64,000 nt of DNA, from contig CBDCVK010000010.1 of the NCBI GenBank assembly GCA_965223005.1, positions 640,001 to 704,000 on the forward strand, read 5' to 3'. The notes under the pieces are model-generated. The model was not told where the DNA came from, did no database searches, and saw only the letters and a list, made by a program, of their open reading frames with translations. A program made the position numbers and the translations under genes. Shown here piece by piece: positions 52,242 to 64,000 of this stretch; positions within the stretch are counted from its first letter, which is position 1, and each line of letters begins with the position of its first letter. The stretch is from Terriglobia bacterium (GTDB lineage Bacteria; Acidobacteriota; Terriglobia; JAJPHL01; JAPKYU01).

Positions 52242-53156
52242 ATGCCGGAACTGCCCGAGGTGGAAACCATTGTGCGCGGACTGCGCACCTGCCTGCCCGG
52301 ACGGCGCATCGCGCGGGTGATGGTGGGGCCGGCCGCCGCGGCGCACATCCTGCAGACGCCGCCGGCGGAGTTCGTCCAGGCACTGGAAGGAGCCTCGGTA
52401 GTAGCCATCCAGCGATACGGCAAACACATCCTGCTGCGCATGGCGCCGGGTGAGAGGGGTCGCTTCGAACAAACGGGCTTCTGGTGGGTTGTCCACCTGG
52501 GCATGACCGGGCAGTTTGTCTGCGAGCCCTCCTGGCACGAGCTACCCCGGCATACCCACGCATGTTTCGAGCTGGAACCCATTCAGAAGATCGCTCCCAA
52601 CAAACCGGCCGACGAAGGCAGGCGCGCGCAGATGGCCCGGCAAGTCCTACGCTACACCGACATCCGGCAATTCGGCCGGATGGAGATCTTTGCTCCCGAT
52701 GGCAACAATGCCCTTCCGCCGCGCTTGGAACGGTTGGGGCCGGATCCGTTGGCGATCTCGGAGTCGGAATTCGTGCGCCGGATGGGCCAACGAACCGGGC
52801 GGGTGAAGTCGTTGCTGCTTGACCAGCACTTCCTGCGAGGCCTGGGAAACATCTACGCCGATGAATGCCTGTTCCGCGCCGGCGTGCATCCAGCTGCGTG
52901 CGCCCGCCGCGTCTCTGCCCGAAGGGTCGCCGCCTTGTTCTGTGCTACACGCTCCGTGCTGGAGGAGGCGATCGCCCGCGGCGGTTCCTCCGTGTCCAAT
53001 TACCTGGATGCCCTCGGGCAGACTGGCACCTTTCAGCAATTCCATCAGGTCTACCGGCGGGACGGCCAGCCCTGCCGGCGATGTGGCGCGACACTTCGGC
53101 GCCTGCTGGTCGCTGGCCGCGGCAGCACTTTTTGCCCACGCTGCCAGCGTCGCTGA
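52242..53156 (+). CDS. mutM: Formamidopyrimidine-DNA glycosylase
   Basis: MPELPEVET, HLGMTG, DIRQFG, GLGNIYADE, C-terminal Zn finger CPRCQ. Confidence 0.97.
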   Translation: MPELPEVETIVRGLRTCLPGRRIARVMVGPAAAAHILQTPPAEFVQALEGASVVAIQRYGKHILLRMAPGERGRFEQTGFWWVVHLGMTGQFVCEPSWHELPRHTHACFELEPIQKIAPNKPADEGRRAQMARQVLRYTDIRQFGRMEIFAPDGNNALPPRLERLGPDPLAISESEFVRRMGQRTGRVKSLLLDQHFLRGLGNIYADECLFRAGVHPAACARRVSARRVAALFCATRSVLEEAIARGGSSVSNYLDALGQTGTFQQFHQVYRRDGQPCRRCGATLRRLLVAGRGSTFCPRCQRR

Positions 53157-53254
53157 CAGGGGCCAGGTTCCTGGCGCCAGGCATGGGGTATGCCAGGCAT
53201 GGGGTATGATTGTCAGGCGAACACCTGAAACCTGAGACCTAAGCGCCTGTCGTT

Positions 53255-54220
53255 ATGAGTTATTTCGCTATCGGAGTGGATCTCGGCGGGACCAACCTGC
53301 GTGTCGCCACTATCGACGTGCAGGGACGGATCTTGAAACAAACCCGCCTGAAGACGAACGTGCGAGGCGGCCGGGAAGCTGTGCTCCAGGAAATCTCAGC
53401 GGCGGTGGACGGACTGCGCGCCCCCCACTCTTCCCAGGCTTTGGCGGGCATCGGCCTCGGCGTGCCAGGGATCATTTACGCGGAGGAAGGGAGAATCCGC
53501 GAATCCCCGAACCTGCCGGGCTGGGAAAATTATCCCATCCGTGACGAGATTGAGCAGCAATTGGGCGTCCGGGTCTTCCTCGACAACGACGCAAACGCCG
53601 CGGCGCTAGGAGAGAAGTGGATGGGGCTGGGTCGGGACGTGGATAGCCTGGCCATGCTCACCCTAGGAACCGGAGTGGGCGGCGGCGTGGTGCAGAACGG
53701 ACGCGTCTGGCACGGCGCCCTGGGCATGGCCGGCGAATTCGGCCACATCACTATCAACCCCGACGGGCCCATCTGCGGATGCACCAACCACGGCTGCCTG
53801 GAACAGCTGGCGTCGGCCACCGCGATCGTGCGGATGGCCCATGAAGCGATCCGCGAGGGAAGGGGTCCCGCGCTCGCCCAGCTAGCTCGTGAGTGCTCTG
53901 AACTGACCTCCGAGATGATCTACCGCAAGGCACTGGAAGGGGAGGAGGCCGCGCGCGACATCTTCACGGTCGTCGGCCGCGCCCTGGGCATCGCATTGGC
54001 CGACTTGGTGAACGTTTTTAATTTCCCCCTGTACGCCATCACCGGCGGGGTAACCAAAGCCTGGGATTTGTTTGCCCCGGTGATGCTGGCCGAAGTGGAG
54101 CGCCGCTCCTTCGTCTACCGCGCCGGGGGCACACGGATCGCCCGCTCGCAACTGGGCAGCGAAGCGGGCCTCTACGGCGCTGCCTACCTACCGTTGCAAG
54201 CGCTGGGGGTGCAGCCATGA
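53255..54220 (+). CDS. ROK-family sugar kinase (glucokinase-like)
   Basis: GVDLGGT, DNDANAAALGE, LGTGVGGG, GEFGH, CGCTNHGCLE. Confidence 0.93.
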   Translation: MSYFAIGVDLGGTNLRVATIDVQGRILKQTRLKTNVRGGREAVLQEISAAVDGLRAPHSSQALAGIGLGVPGIIYAEEGRIRESPNLPGWENYPIRDEIEQQLGVRVFLDNDANAAALGEKWMGLGRDVDSLAMLTLGTGVGGGVVQNGRVWHGALGMAGEFGHITINPDGPICGCTNHGCLEQLASATAIVRMAHEAIREGRGPALAQLARECSELTSEMIYRKALEGEEAARDIFTVVGRALGIALADLVNVFNFPLYAITGGVTKAWDLFAPVMLAEVERRSFVYRAGGTRIARSQLGSEAGLYGAAYLPLQALGVQP

Positions 54221-54753
54221 TGGCCTTCGGTAAACATCCGCGCGATGAACGTTTTCAGAAGCTGGCGCGCCGCATCGAGGAACTGCGCCGCAAAGACGAG
54301 TCCGCACAGGAGCACCGGAGCCAGATCGGCCAGCGGCGGACCGAGGCCGTCCAGCATCTGTGGCACGTCTGTAGCGGCTTCGCCAGCCACCTGAACTCCT
54401 ACATCGAACACGACCAACTGCAACTGTCGCCGCCCGAGCCTCCCGGCGACTTCCCGGAAGACAACCAGCTGCAACTGCTGATGAACGTCCGAGGCCGCAT
54501 CCTGTTGCTGGACATCGGAGCCCCGGCCGACCTGGTGGCCAACGACAATTTCAAAAAGCCGTACATCCTGGAGGGCGAGGTGCGCTTCTTCAACCAGGAA
54601 TTGCTGGAGGAGGAGCGTGTCGAGGAACACGGCATCTTCTTCTGCCCGGGCGAAGGGGCCCAGGGCGCCTGGATGTACTGGAATGGCCGCACTTACAAGA
54701 GCGGCTACGTGGACGAAAATTACCTCGCCAGCCTGCTGGAACGAATCCTATAA
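54217..54753 (+). CDS. Hypothetical protein
   Basis: ATGA overlap with the ROK gene; host-like codon usage. Confidence 0.75.
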   Translation: MMAFGKHPRDERFQKLARRIEELRRKDESAQEHRSQIGQRRTEAVQHLWHVCSGFASHLNSYIEHDQLQLSPPEPPGDFPEDNQLQLLMNVRGRILLLDIGAPADLVANDNFKKPYILEGEVRFFNQELLEEERVEEHGIFFCPGEGAQGAWMYWNGRTYKSGYVDENYLASLLERIL

Positions 54754-54774
54754 GCCGGCCATGAGCACGTCGAA

Positions 54775-57195
54775 ATGAGCACAAGCATTCGCCGGGCAGC
54801 GGTGTTGGGAGCTGGGGTGATGGGCGCGCGCATCGCTGCGCACCTGGCGAACGCGGGCATCCCCACGCATCTGCTCGACATCGCCCCCTCCAGCCGGACC
54901 GATCGTGAGCAGACGGCCGGGCTGACGCTGGAGTCTCCGCAGGTGCGCAACCGCATCGCCCTGGCCGGGTTGGAAGCGGCGAAGAAATCGCGCCCTGCCG
55001 CCTTCTTCGTTCCCGATCACGCCAGGCGGATCACTGTCGGCAACTTCGAGGACCACCTGAGCCGGGTGGCCGATGCCGACTGGATTATCGAGGCGGTGGT
55101 CGAGAATCTGGAGGTGAAGCGCTCCCTGCTGGCCCGGGTGGACCAGCTCCGCCGGCCCGGCTCCATCGTCTCCACCAATACCAGCGGCCTTCCGGTCAAC
55201 CAGATTGCCGAAGGGCGAAGCCAGGACTTCCGGCGTCACTGGCTGGGTACGCACTTCTTCAACCCGCCGCGCTACCTGCGCCTGCTGGAACTGATCCCGG
55301 GCCGCGACACGCTGATGGAGGTGGTCGAGCGGTTGGCCGAGTTTGCGGACCGGCGCCTGGGCAAGGGCGTCATCGTTGCCAAGGACACGCCCAACTTCAT
55401 CGCCAACCGCATCGGGACCTTCTCGCTCGTGAACCTGATGCGGCTCGTCGAGCAGGAAGGATTAACGGTAGAGGAAGTGGACGCGCTGACTGGCCCGGCC
55501 GTAGGCGCGCCGAAGACCGCCACGTTCCGCTTGCTGGACTTGGTGGGCCTGGACATCGTGGCCCACGTGATCGGCAACATCTTCGAGAACGCCCCTGACG
55601 ACGAGCGGCGCGACTTCTACCGTGTCCCGCCCTTCCTTCAGCAGATGCTCCAGCGCAACTGGCTGGGCGACAAGGCCGGCCAGGGTTTTTACAAGAAGGT
55701 CGGCAAGGGCGAGGGACGAGAAATCCTGGCGCTCGACCTGAAGACACTCGAATATCGCCCCCGCCAACGGCCCAACTTCCCGCTGCTCGAGATGGTCCGC
55801 AACGTGGACGATCCCGCCGAGCGGCTTCGCCTGTTGTTGAACGCAGAGGATCGCTCCGGCCGATTCGCCTGGAAAGCCCTCAGTGAGGTGTTGGTCTACG
55901 CCACCTGCCGAATCCCGGAGATCAGCGACCGCATCCTAGAAATAGACCAGGCGATGAAGTGGGGCTTCGGCTGGGAGCTGGGGCCGTTTGAAATGTGGGA
56001 CGCGCTGGGCTTGGCGGCCACTGTCGGCCGGCTGGAAAAAGAAGGGCGCGACGTGCCGGAAAATGTGCGCCGCATGCTGGCTGCCGGCGGCACCTCCTTC
56101 TATCGCCGCCAAAATGGGCGCGCTGAGTACTTTGATTTCGGCGGCGGCGCCTATTTCCTCTTGGAGCAGCCCGCCGACATCATCGTGCTGGCCGATGAGA
56201 AGCAGCGCTCACGGCTCATCCGCAAGAACCCAGGGGCCAGCCTGGTGGACCTGGGCGACGGCGTTTGCTGCATCGAGTTTCACTCGAAGATGAACGCCAT
56301 CGGGCCGGACATCCTGGCCATGCTCCAGGTGGGCCTGGAAGAGACGGCCCGGAACTTTGAGGCCATGGTCATCGCCAACCAGGGCGCCAACTTCTCCGTA
56401 GGCGCCAACCTGATGCTGGTGCTGATGGCGATCCAGGGCGAGGAATGGGAAGAGATTGAACTGGTGATTCGCCAGTTCCAGAATGTCACCCAGGCGCTGA
56501 AATACTCCGAGCGCCCCGTGGTAGTGGCGCCGTTCGGGATGACCCTGGGCGGGGGCTGCGAAATCCCGCTGCACGCGGCGCGTATCTGCGCCCACGCCGA
56601 GTTGTACACGGGCCTGGTGGAAACCAGCGTCGGGCTGATCCCAGCGGCCGGCGGCTGCAAGGAGATGCTGATCCGCGCCAACGAAGCCGCCGGGCCCGAC
56701 GCCGACATCTTCGAGCCGACCAAGGAAACTTTCCAGCAGACCGCCTTCGCCAAAGTCTCGACCAGCGCGGAGGAAGCCCGCCGCTTCCGCTTCCTCCGGC
56801 CCAGCGACTCGATTACGATGAATCGAGACCGGCTGATGGCCGATGCCAAGGCGCTGGCGCTGGAGATGGTCCGGAGCAGCCGGTCGGCACCGGCCGCGCG
56901 ACCACGCAACGATCTGGGCAATGACCTGCGCGTGGCCGGCGAAGCCGGTCTGGCTACACTGAAGCTCGGGATTCACCTGGCGCGGCAGGCCGAGCACATC
57001 ACCGACCATGACGCCCTGGTGGCCCGCAAGCTGGCTTACGTGCTCACGGGCGGGAACCTCAGCGGCAACCAGCGCGTCTCGGAACAATACCTGCTCGACT
57101 TGGAGCGCGAGGCGTTCCTGAGCCTGTGCGGAGAAAAAAAGACGCAAGAGCGCATCGCGCACACGCTGAAAACCGGAAAGCCGCTCCGGAATTGA
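54775..57195 (+). CDS. 3-hydroxyacyl-CoA dehydrogenase/enoyl-CoA hydratase (FadN-like)
   Basis: VLGAGVMG, STNTSG, HFFNPPRY, DTPNFIANRIG; C-terminal crotonase GGGCE. Confidence 0.95.
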   Translation: MSTSIRRAAVLGAGVMGARIAAHLANAGIPTHLLDIAPSSRTDREQTAGLTLESPQVRNRIALAGLEAAKKSRPAAFFVPDHARRITVGNFEDHLSRVADADWIIEAVVENLEVKRSLLARVDQLRRPGSIVSTNTSGLPVNQIAEGRSQDFRRHWLGTHFFNPPRYLRLLELIPGRDTLMEVVERLAEFADRRLGKGVIVAKDTPNFIANRIGTFSLVNLMRLVEQEGLTVEEVDALTGPAVGAPKTATFRLLDLVGLDIVAHVIGNIFENAPDDERRDFYRVPPFLQQMLQRNWLGDKAGQGFYKKVGKGEGREILALDLKTLEYRPRQRPNFPLLEMVRNVDDPAERLRLLLNAEDRSGRFAWKALSEVLVYATCRIPEISDRILEIDQAMKWGFGWELGPFEMWDALGLAATVGRLEKEGRDVPENVRRMLAAGGTSFYRRQNGRAEYFDFGGGAYFLLEQPADIIVLADEKQRSRLIRKNPGASLVDLGDGVCCIEFHSKMNAIGPDILAMLQVGLEETARNFEAMVIANQGANFSVGANLMLVLMAIQGEEWEEIELVIRQFQNVTQALKYSERPVVVAPFGMTLGGGCEIPLHAARICAHAELYTGLVETSVGLIPAAGGCKEMLIRANEAAGPDADIFEPTKETFQQTAFAKVSTSAEEARRFRFLRPSDSITMNRDRLMADAKALALEMVRSSRSAPAARPRNDLGNDLRVAGEAGLATLKLGIHLARQAEHITDHDALVARKLAYVLTGGNLSGNQRVSEQYLLDLEREAFLSLCGEKKTQERIAHTLKTGKPLRN

Positions 57196-57224
57196 CGCTT
57201 TGTTAGGATGCAGAGGACAGCCAG

Positions 57225-58415
57225 ATGAAGGAAGCCGTCATCGTTTCCGTTGCCAGGACTGCCGTGGGCAAGGCCTACAAAGGCACGCTGCGGGCGACGC
57301 GTCCGGACGACATGGCCGCTACCGTGCTTTCGGCGCTGCTCCAGCGCACGCCCGACCTGGACCCCGCCGAGATTGAAGACGTCATCCTGGGCTGCGCCAT
57401 GCCGGAAGCCGAGCAGGGGATGAACGTGGCGCGCATCGCCGCTCTGCGCGCCGGCATGCCCATCACCACCAGCGCCATGACCGTCAATCGCTTCTGCTCC
57501 TCAGGCCTGCAGTCCATCGCCCTGGGCGCCGAGCGGATCATGGCCGGCTTTGCCGACGTCATTCTGGCCGGAGGAACCGAGTCCATGAGCCTGGTACCGA
57601 TGGGGGGCCACAAGCCGGCGCCGAATCCTCACCTGATGGACACCTATCCCGACGCTTACCTCTCCATGGGGCTGACCGCCGAGCGCCTGGTCCGCAAGTA
57701 CGGCGTTGACCGCGAGGCGCAGGATTGTTTCGCATGCGAGAGCCATCGCAAGGCGCTGGCCGCCATCCAGGCTGGCCGTTTCCAGGAGGAGATTGTGCCG
57801 CTCGAGGTCAGCCTCACCGAGCCCGGCCCGCCAGGACAGGGCGGGCCTGTCACTCACACCGGCACCTTTGCAGTGGATGAAGGCCCGAGGGCTGACACTT
57901 CGATGGAGGCCCTTGCGAAACTGAAGCCCGCTTTCCACGCCAACGGAACGGTGACGGCAGGCAACTCCTCCCAGATGAGCGACGGGGCCGCCGGCGCGGT
58001 GGTCATGTCGGCCGAGCGCGCCCACGCTCTGGGCTTGAAGCCACTGGCGCGCTTCCTGGCTTTTGCCACCGCCGGCGTACCGCCCGAAGAGATGGGCATT
58101 GGCCCGGCCTTCGCCATTCCCAAGGCGCTGAAGCTGGCCGGTCTGGCGCTGGACCAGATGGAGCTGATCGAGCTGAACGAAGCCTTTGCCGCGCAGGCAC
58201 TGTCGGTGATCCGCCAGGCGGAGTTGGACCCGGCGCGGGTCAACGTCAATGGGGGCGCCATCGCCCTGGGTCACCCGCTGGGCTGCACCGGGGCCAAGCT
58301 CACTGCTACCCTGGTGCAGGAGATGAAGCGCCGCAAGACGCGCTACGGCATGGTCACCATGTGCATCGGCGGGGGTATGGGTGCTGCCGGAATTTTTGAG
58401 AACCTGCAACTGTAG
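57225..58415 (+). CDS. fadA: Acetyl-CoA C-acyltransferase (thiolase)
   Basis: [31 protein letters not shown]. Confidence 0.95.
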   Translation: MKEAVIVSVARTAVGKAYKGTLRATRPDDMAATVLSALLQRTPDLDPAEIEDVILGCAMPEAEQGMNVARIAALRAGMPITTSAMTVNRFCSSGLQSIALGAERIMAGFADVILAGGTESMSLVPMGGHKPAPNPHLMDTYPDAYLSMGLTAERLVRKYGVDREAQDCFACESHRKALAAIQAGRFQEEIVPLEVSLTEPGPPGQGGPVTHTGTFAVDEGPRADTSMEALAKLKPAFHANGTVTAGNSSQMSDGAAGAVVMSAERAHALGLKPLARFLAFATAGVPPEEMGIGPAFAIPKALKLAGLALDQMELIELNEAFAAQALSVIRQAELDPARVNVNGGAIALGHPLGCTGAKLTATLVQEMKRRKTRYGMVTMCIGGGMGAAGIFENLQL

Positions 58416-58435
58416 CGGCGGTTAAGTCCTGCGAT

Positions 58436-58520
58436 TTGTCATCCCGAGCAAGGCGAGGGATCTGCTGCTCGGTGCAGGCTATTTCTTAAAGCAGATTCCT
58501 CGCTTTGCTCGGAATGACAA
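58436..58520. repeat. REP-like long palindrome
   Basis: ttgtcatcccgagcaaggcgagggatctgct ... agcagattcctcgctttgctcggaatgacaa form an imperfect inverted repeat of about 31 bp. Confidence 0.85.
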
Positions 58521-58564
58521 GCGGGCTGCTTTTCCAGCAGACCGCGGACCCAGGGAGTTCGGAG

Positions 58565-60326
<1,762 letters not shown>

Positions 60327-60334
<8 letters not shown>

Positions 60335-60857
60335 TCCAAAGAACAAGGTCCCAAGCCCGAAGTCGAAATCCGCACCCCGCAATCCGGAATCTATAATTGT
60401 TCTGGCTGTGGGCCTCCCCGGGTCAGGAAAATCCACCTGGTTCGCCCGACGCCGGGTCCAGCCGCTTTCCAGCGATCTGCTGCGCCAGCTGCTGCTCGAT
60501 GACGCCACCGACCAGTCGCAGCAGACCGCGATTTTCTCGGCACTGCGCTGGCTTCTGCGGCTGCGCCTAGGACTGGGGCGGCGCGTTCATTGTGTGGATG
60601 CCACCAACCTGAACCGCCGGGAGCGCCGGGGCTATTTCCGCCTGGCCGCATTGTTCGACTGCCGTGTAGACGCGGTCTTCTTCGATGTGCCGCTCGACGT
60701 TTGCCGGGAGCGCAACGCCCGCCGGGGACGCCGCGTGCCGCGGGAGGTCATGCTACGCATGGTGCGCAAGCTGCGCCCGCCCACCTACGCAGAGGGCTTT
60801 CGCCGGATCACCGTCGTGAACGCCTCCGGGCGCGCCCGTCCGCTGCCCCGCCGCTAG
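60327..60857 (+). CDS. P-loop kinase (AAA_33 / polynucleotide-kinase-like)
   Basis: VGLPGSGKSTW, LSSD.LR, VDATNL, ERNARR.R.VP, PTYAEGF. Confidence 0.88.
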
Positions 60858-60907
60858 ACTCACGGGTCTCCAGTCTTCAGTTTGTAGTCTCCAGTCTCAT
60901 GCGGAAC

Positions 60908-60936
60908 TTGCAAACCCATCTCTGGCGGCGTAGGAT
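60908..60936 (+). promoter_or_regulatory. Candidate sigma70 promoter for the Cas6-like gene
   Basis: TTGCAA-17 nt-TAGGAT, 22 nt before ATG 60959. Confidence 0.5.
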
Positions 60937-60958
60937 GCGGCCCGGCTTTCCCGGACCT

Positions 60959-61443
60959 ATGTTTTCCCGGCTGCAATTCGCCCAGTTCCGTTTGCGACTG
61001 GCGCCGCAGCAGACGCTGTTCATGCCCGCTCAGAACAAGGGCAACGTCTTGCGCGGTGCGCTCGGCACCATGCTGCGCACGCTTTGCTGCCATCCAGAGT
61101 GTCCGGGGGCACGCCACTGCAACTTGCGCGCCACCTGCCCCTACGCTCAGGTGTTTGAGCCAGCACCACCAGCTGGCTCCTCCGCCCTGTCCAATTACCA
61201 GGCCATTCCTCGCCCCTTTGTTATTCGGCCGCCGGTAACGAAACAGAATGGCGTCATTGAGATTGACGAAAAAACTCAATATGGGCCGGGAGAAACTCTG
61301 GAATTTGGCCTGATTCTGGTGGGCCGCATCACCGAACTCTTGCCCCATTTCGTGCTCAGCTTCGACCGGCTAGCCGAAGCCGGCCTCGGGCTCAACCGCG
61401 CCCGCTGTCGCCTGGAGCGCGTCGAGCAGCTGGCTCCACTTAG
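60959..61443 (+). pseudogene. cas6: Cas6-like RAMP endoribonuclease (DUF2276 type), truncated by an IS
   Basis: KGNVLRGALG, CCHPECPGARHC...CPYAQVFE, PRPFVIRPP, FGLILVG, GLGLNR; frame runs into the IS terminus at 61444. Confidence 0.78.
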
Positions 61444-61549
61444 CCCGGATTTCCTTTATGAACTATCGGCGGCAACCTTCTGAATGACTCCAACGTCAGT
61501 ATTGATGCGGGTTCCAGCATCAACATTGCCTTCCGGAGGTGTACACCGA

Positions 61550-62878
61550 ATGGGTGAGAGCCAAAAACAGGCGTTTCAACTGTCATTCAACCGGTTTCTG
61601 CGGGTCACATTTCAGGGATCGCGAATCACTTCCGACGGCGGTCTGATTCTGGTGCGCGAGTTGGACGAACGTTTGGGGTTCGGCGAACTTATCGAACAGC
61701 ACTTGATCGACTCTCGGGGGAAGAACACTCGGTTGCCCTTCGCTGACTTGCTGCGGCAGTCCATCTACAGCCGCTTGGCAGGATACGAAGACGTCAACGA
61801 CGCCGAGCGGCTTTCCCAAGATCCGACGTTCCGGCTGATCGGTTCGGAGAAGATCTGGGAACGTGGCGCAGCCCTGACTTCCCGGTTACAGTCGTTCGAG
61901 ACAGAACTGCTGACGCAAGACGAGAACCTTGCTGGTTTGGCAGCGATCAACCGGGATTTGATCGCCAGGGCGGAAGCTATGGATGCGCCGCGCCGGGTGG
62001 TGCTGGACATGGACAGCACCGAGATCCCGGTCTACGGCGAACAGGAGCAGAGCGCCTACAACGGGCATTTCGAGTCGAGTTGCTATCACCCGTTGTTGCT
62101 GTTCAGTCGCGAGGGTGACTGTCTGGCGGCCAAGCTGCGACCCGGCAACGTGCACAGCGCCGAGGATTGGGAAGAACTTCTCCTGCCAGAGATCGAACGG
62201 CAGCAGAAGCTGGGCAAGGAAGTGGTGTTTCGCGCCGACGCCGCCTTCGCCAAGCCGGAGATCTACGACGCACTGGAGGAGCGGGACGTGAAGTATGCGA
62301 TTCGCATCCCGGCCAACGACAGTCTGGAGAGGGACATCGCGGAGTTGTTGACGCGGCCAGTGGGGCGACCGAGCCACAAGCCGGTGGTCTGGTACAAGAG
62401 CTTTCTCTACCAGGCAGCCAGTTGGAAAAAGGCGCGGCGGGTGGTGGCGAAGGTGGAGTTCCACTTTGGCGAACTGTTCCCTCGCGTGGGGTTCATCGTC
62501 ACCAATCTGGAGACCGACAGCCGGGCGGTGGTCCGGTTCTACAACAAGCGGGGCACCGCAGAGCAATGGATCAAGGAAGGCAAGCAGGCGGTAAAGATGA
62601 CCCGGCTGAGTTGCCATCGGTTTCGGTCGAACGAGGTGCGCCTATGGCTGAGCCTGATCGCCTACAACTTGGGAAACCTGTGGCGGCGGCTGGTGCTACC
62701 GAAGAGGATCAACAACTGGTCGCTGACGAGTTTGCAGCAGCGGCTGGTGAAAACGGGAGGACGGCTGGTGAAACATGCGCGATATTACTGGCTTTTGCTG
62801 GCCGAAGGGCACTTGAGCCGGAGGCTGTTCAGCAGCATGCTGCGAACGATCTCGGCACTGCCGCTGCCAGACGGCTAG
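61550..62878 (+). CDS. IS1380-family DDE transposase
   Basis: ITSDGGL, GYEDVND, LDMDST, YNGHF...YHPL, RADAAF, YNKRGTAEQWIKEGK; GGAGGT RBS before ATG 61550. Confidence 0.95.
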   Translation: MGESQKQAFQLSFNRFLRVTFQGSRITSDGGLILVRELDERLGFGELIEQHLIDSRGKNTRLPFADLLRQSIYSRLAGYEDVNDAERLSQDPTFRLIGSEKIWERGAALTSRLQSFETELLTQDENLAGLAAINRDLIARAEAMDAPRRVVLDMDSTEIPVYGEQEQSAYNGHFESSCYHPLLLFSREGDCLAAKLRPGNVHSAEDWEELLLPEIERQQKLGKEVVFRADAAFAKPEIYDALEERDVKYAIRIPANDSLERDIAELLTRPVGRPSHKPVVWYKSFLYQAASWKKARRVVAKVEFHFGELFPRVGFIVTNLETDSRAVVRFYNKRGTAEQWIKEGKQAVKMTRLSCHRFRSNEVRLWLSLIAYNLGNLWRRLVLPKRINNWSLTSLQQRLVKTGGRLVKHARYYWLLLAEGHLSRRLFSSMLRTISALPLPDG

Positions 62879-63037
62879 CGACCCAGGAGAGAGGGTAATT
62901 TTAGGTGCTCAGAAGTGGTCGGGCCGGACAAGTGTCAGCGGCGAGGCAGGCTGGGCAGGCGAAACCCGCACAGCGACTCCGAAGAACAGCCAAAATGTGC
63001 CGCACTACGACCTCAAAGAGGCCCGGGCGATTTGCGA

Positions 63038-63066
63038 TTGACACGACAGGGTAAGAGGCATAGGTT
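63038..63066 (+). promoter_or_regulatory. Outward-facing promoter in the IS right end
   Basis: TTGACA-17 nt-TAGGTT, 37 nt inside the right terminus. Confidence 0.65.
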
Positions 63067-63163
63067 TTCGGGTGAAGGGGAAGCTCAAAATGGAAATTCC
63101 GGGTAAGAGATTAGACCCTGTTTCACTTGACGGACTAAGTCCGCAAGCCAGAAGGGGTGAACC

Positions 63164-63973
63164 ATGAGTTTGTCGAAGATCGTTGCTCTGGGCACCGGGA
63201 TTTACCATCACTACGGCCTGGAAGCTGCACTGAAAGGGATTCATCGGGCCGGGTGCGGCTATGTGGAGATGGCAGCCAACCCACCACATGCAGAACACGT
63301 TTCCCTCGACATGGACGACGCCGCAGTCGAGGCCCTGCTGGCCAAGCTTCAGCAGTACCGTCTCAAGGTCGTGGCTCTAAACGGCAACATCGGCATGATG
63401 AGGAAAGGCGACGTCGAGCGATCCAAGAAACTCATCAGCCTTGCTCCAAAGCTTGGCGCCGGGGTTGTGGTGAATACACTCGGCGGAGCCGGCCTGGAAG
63501 AGGACTTACCCCCGTTTCTGGCCAACGTCGGGGAGGTGGCGGACCATGCCCGAAAAAACGGTGTCACGATTGGCCTGGAAGTGCACGGCAAGCACACTGC
63601 CAACGGCAAACTCGCTTTGGCCACGGTTCGCGCGGTCAATGACCCAAACGTTAAGATCAACTACGATACCGCCAACTGCATCTATTTCGGCGATACCTTG
63701 CCCTACGAAGACCTGCCGGTTGCTGTCCCCGAAATGGCGCACATCCATCTGAAGGATAAGATCGGCGGCAAGGGAGTATGGAACTTTCCGCCCATAGGAA
63801 TGGGTGAAATTGACTTCGAAAGGGTGCTCAACATCTTGGACGACGGAGGCTATCGAGGTGCGCTGAGCGTGGAGATCGAGTTCGACGACCGGGGCTGGCC
63901 TCCTGTTGCCGAGGTGGACGAGGCTGCAAGCTCCGCCTATCGCACCCTCATGCGATTGCTGGAGACGCACTAG
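63164..63973 (+). CDS. Sugar phosphate isomerase/epimerase (xylose-isomerase-like TIM barrel)
   Basis: IGLEVHG, INYDTAN, HIHLKD, PIGMGEIDF, SVEIE. Confidence 0.9.
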   Translation: MSLSKIVALGTGIYHHYGLEAALKGIHRAGCGYVEMAANPPHAEHVSLDMDDAAVEALLAKLQQYRLKVVALNGNIGMMRKGDVERSKKLISLAPKLGAGVVVNTLGGAGLEEDLPPFLANVGEVADHARKNGVTIGLEVHGKHTANGKLALATVRAVNDPNVKINYDTANCIYFGDTLPYEDLPVAVPEMAHIHLKDKIGGKGVWNFPPIGMGEIDFERVLNILDDGGYRGALSVEIEFDDRGWPPVAEVDEAASSAYRTLMRLLETH

Positions 63974-64000
63974 CAGGAGCTGAGGGTTTCTGCCCGCGGC

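Larger units (their letters stand above)
61444..63103 (+). mobile_element. IS1380-family insertion sequence, 1660 bp
   Basis: Terminal IRs cccggatttcctttatga / tcaaaatggaaattccggg enclosing one transposase ORF; no target duplication visible. Confidence 0.92.

Noticed and set aside
60860-64000. CRISPR array near the Cas6-like gene
   Set aside because: No regularly spaced direct repeats with unique spacers were seen here or anywhere else in the window.

Overview
GC-rich bacterial chromosomal window. Gene content and order (rnc-lepB-AsmA, many exported TPR proteins, a Zn-ribbon XRE regulator) suggest Acidobacteriota, but this is inference only. Most of it is housekeeping: thiD, uvrA, lepB, rnc, coaD, an aminotransferase, manA/manC/phosphomannomutase, guaA, mutM, a ROK kinase and a three-gene beta-oxidation cluster. 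Accessory patches sit in between. No rRNA, tRNA or CRISPR array was seen. Highlights: (1) a four-gene module at 19.2-23.2 kb encoding an outer-membrane barrel, a stand-alone CuA cupredoxin, a di-haem oxidoreductase and a DtxR/MntR repressor, with a near-leaderless promoter and a palindromic operator candidate; (2) a divergent, self-contained structured transcript whose only ORF with a ribosome-binding site is the 17-aa peptide MKKTAKKKAKKAKKKRK; (3) an orphan Cas6-like RAMP gene cut by an intact IS1380-family element that carries an outward promoter; (4) diverged copies of that IS right end at about 7 kb, tied to a tandem partial duplication of an AT-rich, frameshifted oxidoreductase gene; (5) a short-ORF/GNRA-hairpin element upstream of the XRE regulator; (6) several proteins with unusual domain architecture. 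All calls come from motif reading by eye; no database searches were run.
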